A DNA stretch of 64,000 nt, taken from the NCBI RefSeq assembly GCF_040938485.1, contig NW_027271795.1, positions 1,612,001 to 1,676,000 on the forward strand, written 5' to 3'. Of the stretch, positions 15,201 to 26,491 are shown piece by piece (the stretch's first letter is position 1; the number at the start of each line of letters is the position of its first letter). Position numbers and translations under genes: made by a program. Source of the DNA: Diadema antillarum (Eukaryota). Below the pieces are notes generated by a model. That model searched no databases and was not told the DNA's origin. It saw only the letters and a program-made list of their open reading frames with translations.

Positions 15201-15861
15201 AGTAGATATGAATGTTGATGAGTTCAGTTTTGAGGGGAAAGAATTGTAATCAACAAAAAGAGTAGAGATATGTTTTCTATTTGACAGCGTCCTCAAAGAG
15301 AGGAATGCTGACTCATCATTCAAAGTGCCTACCAGAAGAGAGCCGAAACTATTCTTTCTACTCTAAAATGTTGGGTTTCTTTTAGGAAAGAAAAATATAA
15401 CTTTAATATTAAGACATCACAAACATCTTATTGACAACAAATAATTCAAAAAATAAAAAATAAAATCAGATGACGCAAAAGGAAAATACTTGAAATTGAC
15501 TTGTGTTTTTCTTTTGCAAAATACTAAACATTTGTGGAAATGTTTGTTTGTGAATTTCCCTCACAGTATCCTTGGCAACGAGGATGAGCCAAGTTCATAC
15601 GAGCTCCACTTCTGCGTCAAAGACTACTGCTTTGCCCGCGAGGACCACCTCATCGGGATCGGCGTACTTCAGCTCCACACCATCGTGGAATGCGGCAGCT
15701 GCGCCTGCGTCAGCACGCTGGGCCGCAAGCTGCACGTCAACGACACGGGTGGGACTATCCTACGCATCCTGTCGCAGCGCACCAACGACGAGGTCGCCCG
15801 CGAGTTCGTGCGGCTCAAGTCGGAGCGGCGGTCGGAGGGTGGAGACCAGGGGCGGAGCTGA
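231..15861 (+). CDS. unc-13: Protein unc-13 / Munc13 homolog, 3' portion (MUN domain + C-terminal C2C), 5'-partial; 15 exons: 231-320, 1238-1503, 2244-2329, 3063-3189, 3823-4063, 4801-4878, 5758-5924, 7559-7705, 8427-8550, 10016-10081, 10707-10784, 13047-13194, 13752-13847, 14704-14863, 15567-15861
   Basis: All introns are GT-AG and phases join into one 2169-nt frame ending at TGA 15859-15861. Peptides match recalled Munc13 motifs: [157 protein letters not shown]. The upstream exons lie outside the window. Confidence 0.96.
1765..1960. mobile_element. TA-flanked MITE
   Basis: Perfect 15-bp inverted ends TACTGTAAAAGTGGA...TCCACTTTTACAGTA (including the TA). A close copy lies at 34297-34516. 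Confidence 0.85.
5468..5740. repeat. Degenerate ~86-bp minisatellite (3+ copies) ending just before the unc-13 exon at 5758
   Basis: CATCTTGCCATGTGCAATATTGG...CATTCATTGCCAT units start at ~5468, 5555, 5641 and 5727 (partial). Confidence 0.85.
7085..7368. repeat. Exact 142-bp tandem duplication in an unc-13 intron
   Basis: ATCACACCATTGAAGTGCAG...TTTTAACCAAAAGGTC occurs at 7085-7226 and 7227-7368. Confidence 0.95.
7724..7765. repeat. (GATTT)n microsatellite
   Basis: Visible pentanucleotide run just after the exon ending at 7705. Confidence 0.9.
8650..8835. repeat. Degenerate ~108-bp direct repeat (2 copies)
   Basis: TTACAACTGG..AATC.TTAACACCTTTA.ACC.AAAATGACA.GCA.TGACACACAT occurs twice. Confidence 0.7.
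9439..9932 (-). mobile_element. 5'-truncated non-LTR retrotransposon (CR1/L2-group LINE) 3' end in an unc-13 intron
   Basis: Minus frame [42 protein letters not shown]...[13 protein letters not shown] is typical of the LINE ORF2 C-terminus. It is followed by a short 3' UTR and a (GAA)n tail at ~9439-9456. Confidence 0.85.
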
Positions 15862-16608
15862 GGCTCGAAATTTGCGGGATGGGGAGGGGGCTTTGTTGAT
15901 CGATGAAATTTTTTCCAAACTGACATAAACGTACCTCATTTCCTTTTTTTTCTATGAGGGGTGGATGTCCCCCTTTAAATCTAAGTGCCTAAGTGTTTGA
16001 ACTCTTTAACTTCATGTGCACAACCTCTTGACTCATTCCTATTTTGTTATCTTTCATACGCAGGAGACACTTCTGCATGAGGAGCTGCGAATACTCCATA
16101 TTGTTAAGTGATTTAGGGCACACACACCGCTGTGGGTGTGTTTTGATGAGAAGCCGGTGGTTGTCGCGCGCAGCATTTGAATTCTTTGTGCTTTCAAAAA
16201 CCCAACAGGATGAGCGGAACAAAATGGAACAAAATTGTCTCCCAGTTTTTGTTCCATCCCTTACCTGGCTTATACATTGTAGGAAGCCTGGCAGAAAGCT
16301 CTCTAGACTGTCTCAAAGTTTCTAGCAACTCCCAAGTTTGCATAATTTCTGTCTATAGTCTTGTAGACCCACAAATAAAGTCGGTGAAAAATCATCGCAT
16401 GTGAGGAGACACAAGGAGATGTTAAAGTGTTACTTAGCACTTGCTTAATGAGAGGTGGGGGGAACTGTCTTTATGCCATTGTATGAGACACCAAATGAAG
16501 TCATTTTTAAATACCCAGGATTTAACAACTCTGCTGATTGCATAAATCTGTTGCGTTATGATTTAACAGTGTGCACCAATGTGAATGTGTCATTTTACTT
16601 GGTGTTTG

Positions 16609-16610
<2 letters not shown>

Positions 16611-16648
<38 letters not shown>
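16611..16648. repeat. (CT)n microsatellite
   Basis: Visible run. Confidence 0.95.
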
Positions 16649-16650
<2 letters not shown>

Positions 16651-17890
16651 ACCATTATTTTTATTTCGGCACAGGTGGGGAAAAAAAGTGTGTGCTATGT
16701 TGCTTCCCTTCTGATCATTTATAACATTTTTGTGTACATAGAATGAATGGTTGCAATACAACCATGCTACATGTATCATTGGATCCTTATGCATAGCTAT
16801 TGATACGTTGTAACAAAGTTGATACTTTTAGACCATTCGGTTTGTCGTACCTTGTTCTTTTTTCCTGTTTTCATTGGTAAATCACAGAGAGATTTGTAAA
16901 CAGAGAAGGAAAAATGTCGAGTCAAACCAATTTTCTTTGCTCGTGAAGTTGCTAGTAAGCTATTAAGGTAGTGACAGTCTGCAGTCATCAAGTTTTGGTG
17001 TAATGAAGAAGCAGTGTTGTAGCGAGAATGTGAACATTCAGACTTTTTTTGAAATGTGGTGATCATCGTTGCATTCAATGTACAGATTTGTAGACCTTTT
17101 TCTCAATGTATTTGAAAAAAAAAAAATCGTTTTTGTGTATTGTCCGTTGAAAAAGAGACGTATCGATTGACTTGCCTTTAGTGCTCTGTTGCTGTATTAC
17201 TTGGAATAGAGAAAATGATACATTATATCGATCTATTTGTAAATTTATATAAATGAATCTATCTATATATATGTACTGTTGCAATATTTATCCGCTTATT
17301 TGGAACATCTAGGTGCTATTGTATGAAGACCACACTTTTCACTGTTCACATTATCAGTGGGTGAGTCCGTTATTTTTTCTTTTTTTTTCACCAGATGGAT
17401 ATTACACATTCCATGCTCAAAGGCAAAATCAACAACTTCACGGGAATATTCAAACTAGGCACTCCAACATTTGTTGGTAGATAAAACACAAGACAGGGTG
17501 AGCGGGAAACCCGGGAAGATATTAAAAATAAAGATAATTTTTTTTTTTTTGCTTTCTTGACAGAGCAAGGAGGAATGGTTGAACAATTCTAGCCCGACAC
17601 ATGTGCTTTTTATGAGCAGTGTTCCATACAATTCCTTCAGATGCAGGTATTAACTTGAACAAGACCCATATATCTTGGTAAAAAGAAAGTGAGAGGGGGA
17701 TGGGGTGAGAAAGAAGGGAGTGAAGCGAGTTCCTTGCATGAAAGTTTAGCCTTTGGTGTACTTCCCGCTGACACAGCTATGTAGAGTAGATACAGTGTAT
17801 GTCCATCCAGTCTGCAGATTACAGTCCCATAATTTTGCGATCCCACACATTGCAACAGCATCACAGTGCAATTAATATATCACATTCAGA

Positions 17891-18068
17891 TACTGTAAAA
17901 CGAGAAATGTTCGCGTGCATTTTAATTTCGCGAATTTCGCGAATTTCGCGAGCGCCAAGATTCGCGAAATTAAAATGCACGCAAAATTTCTTATCTACAT
18001 TATTTGCATTGAGCGCAAGACGCAATTCGCGAAAATTTCTTGCCACGAATATATCATGTTTTACAGTA
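17891..18068. mobile_element. TA-flanked MITE, related family, downstream of the unc-13 stop
   Basis: TACTGTAAAAC...GTTTTACAGTA ends, with an internal palindrome built of TTCGCGAA repeats. Confidence 0.8.
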
Positions 18069-21000
18069 TCCTTCTCTTGAAATATTTTCTGTTGTTGATT
18101 TTGTTACTTGGTCTTTGACTGAAATTTCATTCAGTTTGAGCAGCACAAGCGCTACACAGCCAAGTGATTGGTCACATCTACATCCAAAATGTGTATCACA
18201 TTCTCTTTGAATTTCTGCATTCCACAGTACGTTCAAGTACTGGAGAAACCTTGCTTCTTTGCTCCAACCTCAAAACTTTGATCTATAGATAATATTTTGG
18301 GCATCATAAAGGTATTTAGAAACCTCTGTCAGGTGATTTCCGATTTGCCAATGAGAAATTAAAGCGTGTTTTAATTTTTTTCTTTCAGTGTTTGCAGCCA
18401 GTATGGCATTCTTGTTTCCACAGAAAGAACAAAAACTTAGGCTTCATATACTTATACTACTGTACCACAGTGTGCAGTGTTTCAGGATGAACCCCTTTCT
18501 GTACTGTCCCTTCACAAACACAAACACTTCCAGATTAAAACACCCATTCAAACGCTTGCTCACCCCATCTCAGTCACATGTGGCGTTTTGCACTTAATTT
18601 AGGCAACAAGTTCTTTCACTTGTCTGAAGTTTCAGAGGGAATTTTTGCATATTCATGTTTTTATTTAACATATGGGAAAGGGGATATATTTCTATAATAT
18701 TTTTCGAGAGAAAGCTGGCTGCTTCTTTCCACAGGTGGGGAATATTAGGATTGCAACTTATGTATGGATCAGACAGCTGGTGTTTGCAGCCTGTCCATAT
18801 TGATGTTGTGGAGTGATCCTTCCCAGGCACGGATAGTTTCTGTCAACGCAGGACTTGCGGAAAATGTACTTTGTTCTGTACCAAACCTTCAGAATTATTG
18901 GGTGTAATAATATTAGCAAGATCTATGCATCCATGTGGACATAATTCTCTGTGTAATAGCATTTGTAGGTGTGAAGGAGTAAGGATTGTTGTGTTCTAAC
19001 CCAAGGACACTGTTAAAATGGTTAACGTAAGCTGACAACTAGTCATTAGGTTTTTGTTTAGGCTTTCTCTCAGATAATGAATGGCTCCGTTACTCCGAAG
19101 TCTGTGCAGTCTGTTTCTTAACATGTTCCATACGGGAACCTAGGAGTGGCCTGCGAATTAAGTCTATGGGCATTTCAGAATACAGTATGAAATGGGTTAA
19201 ATGAAAACATACCTCTTTTATGAAATTCAATCATAGGGATTACGCTGAAGTCATGACATGTTGGTTTGGTTTATCCATGTTGGTTGCAAATCATCACATC
19301 AATGAGGATCAAAGTCTTAACATGTGCAACAAACTGTATTATAACATGGGTTAGGAATTCTTGCAATCTGATTGGTTAATTTGCCATGTTATCATTTCTC
19401 ACCAACTGCAGTCATGCTATTTTCCATAACCATACATCCGGTAATTTAATACCGAACACATAGTTTTTCCACGCATCCTGTAAACTACAGTGAGCACGCA
19501 TGTTGAGACATAGTTGTAGGAATTTTCAATCAATATATTCCATAAAAAAACAGACGACTCACAATTTGCTTTTCGTGGGGTCAGTAGGGATTGTGTACAT
19601 TACACCCAGTACCTCTGAATTAGATCTGCACTCTCTCAGCTACGCTGGGAGCTCGTTGGTTCAAATAATTCAGTAGTACTTTGTGTACACAATTCCTACC
19701 AACCACTCAACACACGAGTCACTTGTATACCAGTGTTATACAAGTGTCTTGTGGACATCCTCACAGACAGGGGAAGAAAAAGGATTTCGTCATTCATCAA
19801 TACTCGAACTCCACAAAACTTGCTTATTTTCATTTGTTCTCCTTTAGTTTAAATAGTCATCATTGGAGGGAGAAGTAGAGATTTACCCATTTTACTAATT
19901 TCTAAATCTTTCTAGCAATATCTTCCTTATGGATGCAAAGTTCTTCATGTAGTCTCTCTTCGAATGAATCGCTATATATTGTCGAGCACGTCCCTATTCA
20001 CAAAACATATGGTGTATACAGTATTCAAAGTTTATGTCTTTTTGGTGAGGAAATGAATGTACTGTTTCTCTCCTTTGATGTAATAGATGGGGCTCTGTAG
20101 ATAACAATAGTGAGACATAGCTGCACTTTAAAGATAGGTCATCCCTTTTGCATGCAAATTTTTGAAAATTTGGTAAGAACACTTTAATAGTTGTCTTGCT
20201 TTGGATTGTAGCTCCACATTGTTTAACCCATTGTGTGCCACGTTTATTAGCATGCCCCTCTTGATTGAAGGTGTACCAACTTTGCATATTTGGCTGAAAT
20301 CAATCGCAATATACTATGGTAAATTTAAAGGGTCACAGCCATAGCTCTCCTGAAATTTACATTCCACAGCAAAATTTAAAATTTTCTCTACACTTTTGCT
20401 GTACTGCGTTCCTAGCATAGACACTTCCACGAAAAGTTACATGGCTTTCAAAAAACAGAATGTGCTCCAAAAGTGCTTGTGCATTGCAGTCCCAGAATAA
20501 TGTGGCACACATATTAAAGGGGGTTTACACAAAGAGTTAACTTTGCCCTACAAGAGTGTAGCAACTTCCCGCATCATGATGAGTTGTGATATTTCCTCCG
20601 TACAATGCCGGTCTCTCTTTTGTTTTCATTTCCTAGCAATATATGATGTGCACTTTGTCAGTGGAACTAGTTCCTTCTCCTTTCCCACGAAAGGCGTCTC
20701 CATCGACACACTGTAGGCCTCAACTATCTGAAGTGCACATACACCCATTGCAGCTCCAGTGACCTGTAACGTAACAACTCACTATCGCAAATACTGAATG
20801 TCCGTGTTACAACTTTATTGAGATTCAAGTAATATGACAATTGTTGTTGCAATACTCATTACAATTAATCGTTCTGATCAGATCTTCTTTGCCTTCAGTC
20901 TTTTTGTAAAAGTGTAATTCAGTCATTTTTACAGTGTATTATATCAGTATCTGTGACACGCATGAAGCATGATATGGGCCAGAAACGGTCGGTCTGTCAT

Positions 21001-21791
21001 TATAGTGTTGTCAATAATTTTGTCACTTTCGTAATCTTTTGTACTACAGAGCAGTTGAAGAACAATCCACAACTTTGTCAGTTCAACTATTTTGGATTGT
21101 CATTCTGTCATCCATGTTACAATCTATTCGGAATTTTTGTCATTGAGATATCCATCAATCGTTGTAAATGGAGAATTTGTTAAAATCTAAAGTATGTTTT
21201 TGTTACATCTGTGTTCATTGATATATATGTACCGAAGCTTGTCACAAGAAGTTATACTTTTCACCATGTTTAATCTCAACTTTGATATTTGGTCGGCATT
21301 TACATGATGTACAGATCATAATTGAGCGTCACACATTTTCCTTCAAAGCAATATTCTACTATTTGTCGGTGATACGTGTCAACTGTCAGAGAGGGAATTT
21401 ATTTGACAGAAAATAAGGGAGAAAAAAAGACTTTATCTGACTAATATGTACAACCAGGTGTCAAAAAGTGGTTCATTGTTGTAACATGTATCCCAGATGT
21501 TTTGTCATTGTACAGATCCATTGATACTACATAAATATATATATAAATATATCGATCATTATCAATTCAAAAAAAAAATTATTAAAAAACAACTCCTTTT
21601 GATTGGATCTAACGAGTGTGTGTCTTTTCCTTTGAGCATCTGATTTCACGTAGATGAACATTTGTTTGATTTTTGAAAATGAAAATAAACATGAAAAGCA
21701 TAAAAACAAAAATATGCATTAATGTTTGCAATTCAGATTAGCATGTGTAATGAAACACAAGATATACATATATAATATATATTATACTTTG

Positions 21792-21998
21792 NNNNNNNNN
21801 NNNNNNNNNNNNNNNNNNNNNNNNNNNNNNNNNNNNNNNNNNNNNNNNNNNNNNNNNNNNNNNNNNNNNNNNNNNNNNNNNNNNNNNNNNNNNNNNNNNN
21901 NNNNNNNNNNNNNNNNNNNNNNNNNNNNNNNNNNNNNNNNNNNNNNNNNNNNNNNNNNNNNNNNNNNNNNNNNNNNNNNNNNNNNNNNNNNNNNNNNN
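21792..21998. other. Assembly gap (N run)
   Basis: 207 N. Confidence 1.
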
Positions 21999-22138
21999 TA
22001 GCCTTTTGGGGCCTGAACTGTTGAAAGCTACAAGTACTTTGTACGTTCAAAAGTGAATATATATGTAGATTTGTTTATTTATGGTAGCCTTTTGAGCTTG
22101 AACTGTTAAAAGCTACAAGTACTTTGTACATTCAAAAA
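21999..22138. repeat. ~55-bp diverged direct repeat (period ~87 bp) beside the first gap
   Basis: TAGCCTTTTG.G.C.TGAACTGTT.AAAGCTACAAGTACTTTGTAC.TTCAAAA occurs twice. Confidence 0.75.
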
Positions 22139-23400
22139 AGAACACACACACAAAATATCTATACTCTTTACACCTCAAGTAGAACAATCAAAACAAGCAT
22201 GCTATCTGATGTGGATGTGTAGACATACTGTATATCATAGTTGAATCTAATGAGCACTGATCCATGGATGACTCTTTTGGCCAGCAATGAGAAATCAGTG
22301 ACATATTTTGTTTGAGCCTACAGTACATTTGAATTAGCATCACAGTCCTGCGACTAGGAGGCCATTTTGAGCATCTTCAAAACATAGTTACACTACTCAG
22401 AAGTAACTTTGCTGTACTGATACAACTCACTCACACAGCTTTCCTTTTTTTTCTTCTTCTTCTTCTTGTTTTTTTCTTTTATTTTGGCTAAAACCTCCCT
22501 GAAACCACACAGGAGGACAAATATGATGCAACTTACATTAAAATATGCTTTAAAACTGAATACCTGAGGTGAAAGTGAATTGCCAAATCAGTTTCATGTA
22601 AGAGCAAAATCGAATATAAATAAACTGGCACGTACATGCATACAAGCCTCACACAATGTAGACTAAGATAGTCACTAGTCACTAAATATTTTTTTTTTAG
22701 TTTTGCATGCTCTCGTGAGATTATGATAATGGTTACGATACAACATGCAAACCAGATGAAGTTATGATGTCACTGGCTCATAACCCTCCCTCTGGACTTG
22801 CACATAATTCTTCACTGATCCTCATTTCGGTAACTGAAGAACAAAAGCATAATACAGTTGACCAACCCCAGCAGAGGAAATCCCTTGATAGAGAGAAATA
22901 TCACATAAAAACAAAGTTGAGGGCAACAAAGGACTTTCAATACATGTATCAACATTCCTCATTTTATTCTTGAAATTTACAACTTTCAATTCATATATCT
23001 ACATTACTCATTTTATTCTTGTAATTTACACAATATCACTGTATCTATGAAACATATCCCAGTGTATTACATCACCTTATAACATATCCAAGAGTAATGA
23101 TATTGAATGCTTTGCCATGGACAAGATGACCTATGACTGCAGAATGTAGGAATATTTCTCGCTCTTGCCAAAACCCAGCAAAACTATTTTAAATTTGTGT
23201 TTTTCATTCGACTTGGTTTTATTTTCTTTTGGACTTGACTTATTTTCTTTTGATTTACGAGTTATTGTATAGAGCAGCTACGTACAAAAAAAGAAAAGAA
23301 CCTGTTATATGCCAAGCAAGGACTACACCTTCCAAAGATAACCAAGATCAGCAACCCAGGTGAGCCTTTAGTTAGCACGTGTAATAATTCCACTTCAAGC

Positions 23401-23923
23401 ATGGACATGGGAAACACCCCAGTCCTGCCCGGACTGCCCTCCACTGCCTCCAAGGGCATGCCCGCTGTAATTTCAGCTCCACCATAGTTTATTGAACACA
23501 TATCCTGTTTCAAAAAGCATATGCACACCGTCATCTCCAGCCAGATGGCTAATCTCACCACCAAAGTAAGCGAGCAGGAGGAGAAATTAACTGCGTGCAC
23601 CATACAAATTTCAGATCGAGGGGGGAAAAAGTGCAAAGGCCAGAAGTCACTCATGAAGACTTGGACCAGAAAATGGATGACTTGGATAATATTGCAGGAA
23701 CAATTTAGTAACCCGCCAACACTTCATCCAGTCAACAGGAGTTGAAAGACATCTGGACCAAGGATGATCCGCGATCCGTTTTGCCTCATTCCAGGCAAAG
23801 GAAATGGTTCATCAAGAATGTGTCAGAGTCTTCAAATCCACAAAATCCAAGCGTAAAAAGTTCTTTGTCAAAGGCATAGGTGGTAAAGTTTATCATCTTG
23901 TAAGAGTCAGGGACATCTCATGA
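23401..23923 (+). mobile_element. Decayed LINE ORF1-like (Transposase_22-type) fragment with stops and frameshifts
   Basis: Stitched frames read ...VISSQMANLTTKVSEQEEKLT (coiled-coil-like) / LDQKMDDLDNIA / RNNLV / AIRFASFQAKEMVHQ...KFFV, resembling the ORF1 DLENRSRRNNL and IIVRFxxxxxKE motifs. Recognised by eye only. Confidence 0.45.
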
Positions 23924-23947
23924 AAGAGTCAAGGACGAGTTGGGACC

Positions 23948-24292
23948 ATGGATAGTGGTAGACCTCTTGGTGTAGTCTCCTGGTGTGCATTCTGCAAAAA
24001 TAATAGGGAAAGTGAGCTGGTGTACGCCAGACACCAGCTTAAGTCGCAGGATGGTCGAACGACCTGCCCCATACTTCGGGCCCACAGATGTCCAATATGT
24101 GGAGCAAACGGAGATGATGTCCACACCATTAAGTACTACCCATTGTCAAAGGAGCAGCTGCCTGGAGATTCACCAACAGGGCCTGGAGCCATCAGTCGTG
24201 TCACCCTGGCTGGGTTACAGTACAGGACTCCACAAACTTATACTGGTCAACGGAAGAGGTCTTCAGGCTGGAGTATCACTAATTTGCTATGA
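23948..24292 (+). pseudogene. nanos-like: Intronless nanos-type zinc-finger ORF (114 aa); probable pseudogene/retrocopy or divergent paralog
   Basis: CAFC-x12-H-x10-C-x7-CPIC-x7-H-x4-Y reproduces nanos CCHC spacing ([10 protein letters not shown]...[37 protein letters not shown]). The eighth ligand is TAC (Tyr, 24137-24139) instead of Cys. Confidence 0.8.
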
Positions 24293-24509
24293 CACTGACA
24301 GCAGCGTCACCAGAGCTTGGCAGCTGACACCGGGAGGAAGAGGGAGAAGTCGTTGAGAATGTGAACTGTGACAAATACCAGTTTCGCACATACTGGTCAT
24401 TCAGATGCATACCATCCTGTAATTTTGTAATAGCAATAGCTATCATTTGATTAAGGTCATTAATGTTTGTTGTTTGTGCAGAACAACGGTTACCAAGGAC
24501 AAATCATGG

Positions 24510-25255
24510 ACCTGTCCAGAGAATGGGCAAGTTTATCGCAGCAAGTGTACTGACGTTCATTTTGTAGTAGGGCCTTGATAAAAAGGCATGAGTACGACCA
24601 CCATAAACCGAAATATACAGATGTGATTGGTGATCATTCCAGACCCTGCACATACAAGAGCTGGAACGACATTATGGGACACATGCCTCTGAATGGCTCT
24701 GGTACAAATGCACCTCACGACACCAATTAAAGACAGCAGTTCTAAGCAGACACTAGTCTCAACAACGCCCCCAGAAATGGGATTCATGACACACACAAGA
24801 TGTCTCTTCACACTTTACGCTACAACATCCTTATACATGTACTCATGTACTATTTTCTGACACACTGGCTCAGTTTGCACAGTGCCACCAAATTACCCAC
24901 AAACATGTACACGTACATGTAGGACAAAATGTAAATGTCAGAATTCCTGCACAATACTGAGCCTTTACATGCATAAACAATCATTCAATGTCATTCTATT
25001 ATTCAATTATCATTGATCGTCACAGAACTATGAATACCAAGAAAATATCAAACACCTGTCCAGAGAATGGCAAGTTTATCACTGCGAAGGTGTGCCGACG
25101 TTCATTTATGCTACAATATTATTACACTGTTTTCTGACACAATGGCACACTGGTCGAGGCTGCAGTGCCACCAAATTACCAATTGATATATGTAGAATAA
25201 AATGTATAAGTCAGAATTCCTGCACAATACTGCGCTTTTACATGCATAAACAAGC
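24510..25255. repeat. Local diverged duplication downstream of the nanos-like ORF; the first copy carries a ~250-bp extra segment
   Basis: ACCTGTCCAGAGAATGG(G)CAAGTTTATC at ~24510 and ~25054; CAGTGCCACCAAATTACC...GTCAGAATTCCTGCACAATACTG...TTTACATGCATAAACAA at ~24880-24980 and ~25163-25252. Confidence 0.8.
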
Positions 25256-25334
25256 CAGACAAATCTTGTGTGTTCTAACTCTTGCTGACAGTGATATGCT
25301 TTCATATGCTTTGATTTTTTTTTATGATGTTGCC

Positions 25335-25440
25335 ATCTACCATAGGCAGCCTAGCACAAAATTGTCTTGTTGTTTACCATTGGTAGCCGGATAACAAACA
25401 TTGTGTTGTTGTCTACCATTGGTAGCCTGGTAACAAATGT
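25335..25440. repeat. ~37-bp degenerate tandem repeat (about 3 copies)
   Basis: TACCATTGGTAGCC...ACAAA...TTG..TTGTTG units. Confidence 0.65.
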
Positions 25441-26491
25441 GAGAGGGGCATAGAGGGCTTGATTTGTTTGGGCAAAGCTGGTGGTGCAGCTCCAAGATGA
25501 GCAGCTCATACTTAATGACAAAGCCATGACCACAATCTGAATTATCACATCCTGCAATAGTGAGTGGGTTGTGTGATCTTGATGTGACATACAATTTGGA
25601 CTTGTTTGTGACCTTGGTTTATTTTACCCAGCTGCTTTAAGGAGCAATGTGCCCTTGACCATTAGAATCAAACTTATTTATGAAAGAAACTAGGTCATCA
25701 ATTTTATTGCACATTCTTTCACATTAATTTTCAATTGTAATTGTTACATGACATAATTACTATAATTTAGTACAGCATAACTGAGTCACAAGGTGCATAT
25801 TACACTTGCTTAAGAATTACATAAAACTGTAGGTGTGATGTTACAGATTCATGCAGGCTCTCAAAAATCATTTGTAAAGATGCACAATGATCTGCATTTT
25901 TTTTCCCCTTGAACTATATAGGGAAGTTTGCTTAGATGTTTATAAATCATCCACAAGAGTATTGGGTGTGTTATGCATCGTTCTAATTAAACAAGCCAAA
26001 GATTCCTCTAAATAAACAGGGGACTCCCATTACCATGAAGTTTTTGGGAGGCACTTTTCACTTGTTACATCAAAATTTCATTACAACCGAAAAAACAGAC
26101 AATAAAAAACACAGAGTGGGTAATGTTATGGCCTGAATCTTTACTTCATTGCAACCAAATTTCATTATAACCATGTTTGTTATAACAGGAGTGCACTGTA
26201 GATAGAACACATTGATTGATATATCAATACTGACGAGCAAATCCTTCACTTGTGTCACAAACAGTGATACTGTAAGACATGGTAAATGGTTTCCGTAAAG
26301 GCCACACTATTCATAAACGATACTTCACACACGTTCAAAAGTGTCTCTCAGGGGCCCAGATGGAAGAATGGGCATCGCACTTGAATAGTGCATTCCTCTT
26401 GAATAACATCATCACTCAAATCAGCAAGTAACCGCCACTCACTGTCCACTCAATATTGGAAGGAAGTCTTGGAAGGTCCCTCAATCCTCCG

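Noticed and set aside
1184-15928. Antisense or alternative-frame ORFs over unc-13 exons (e.g. 1184-1546, 3742-4062, 3785-4075, 14513-15013, 15572-15928)
   Set aside because: They are shadows of GC-rich coding exons with no independent motifs.
21726-22050. ORFs spanning N runs (also 43315-43590)
   Set aside because: They are artefacts of assembly gaps.
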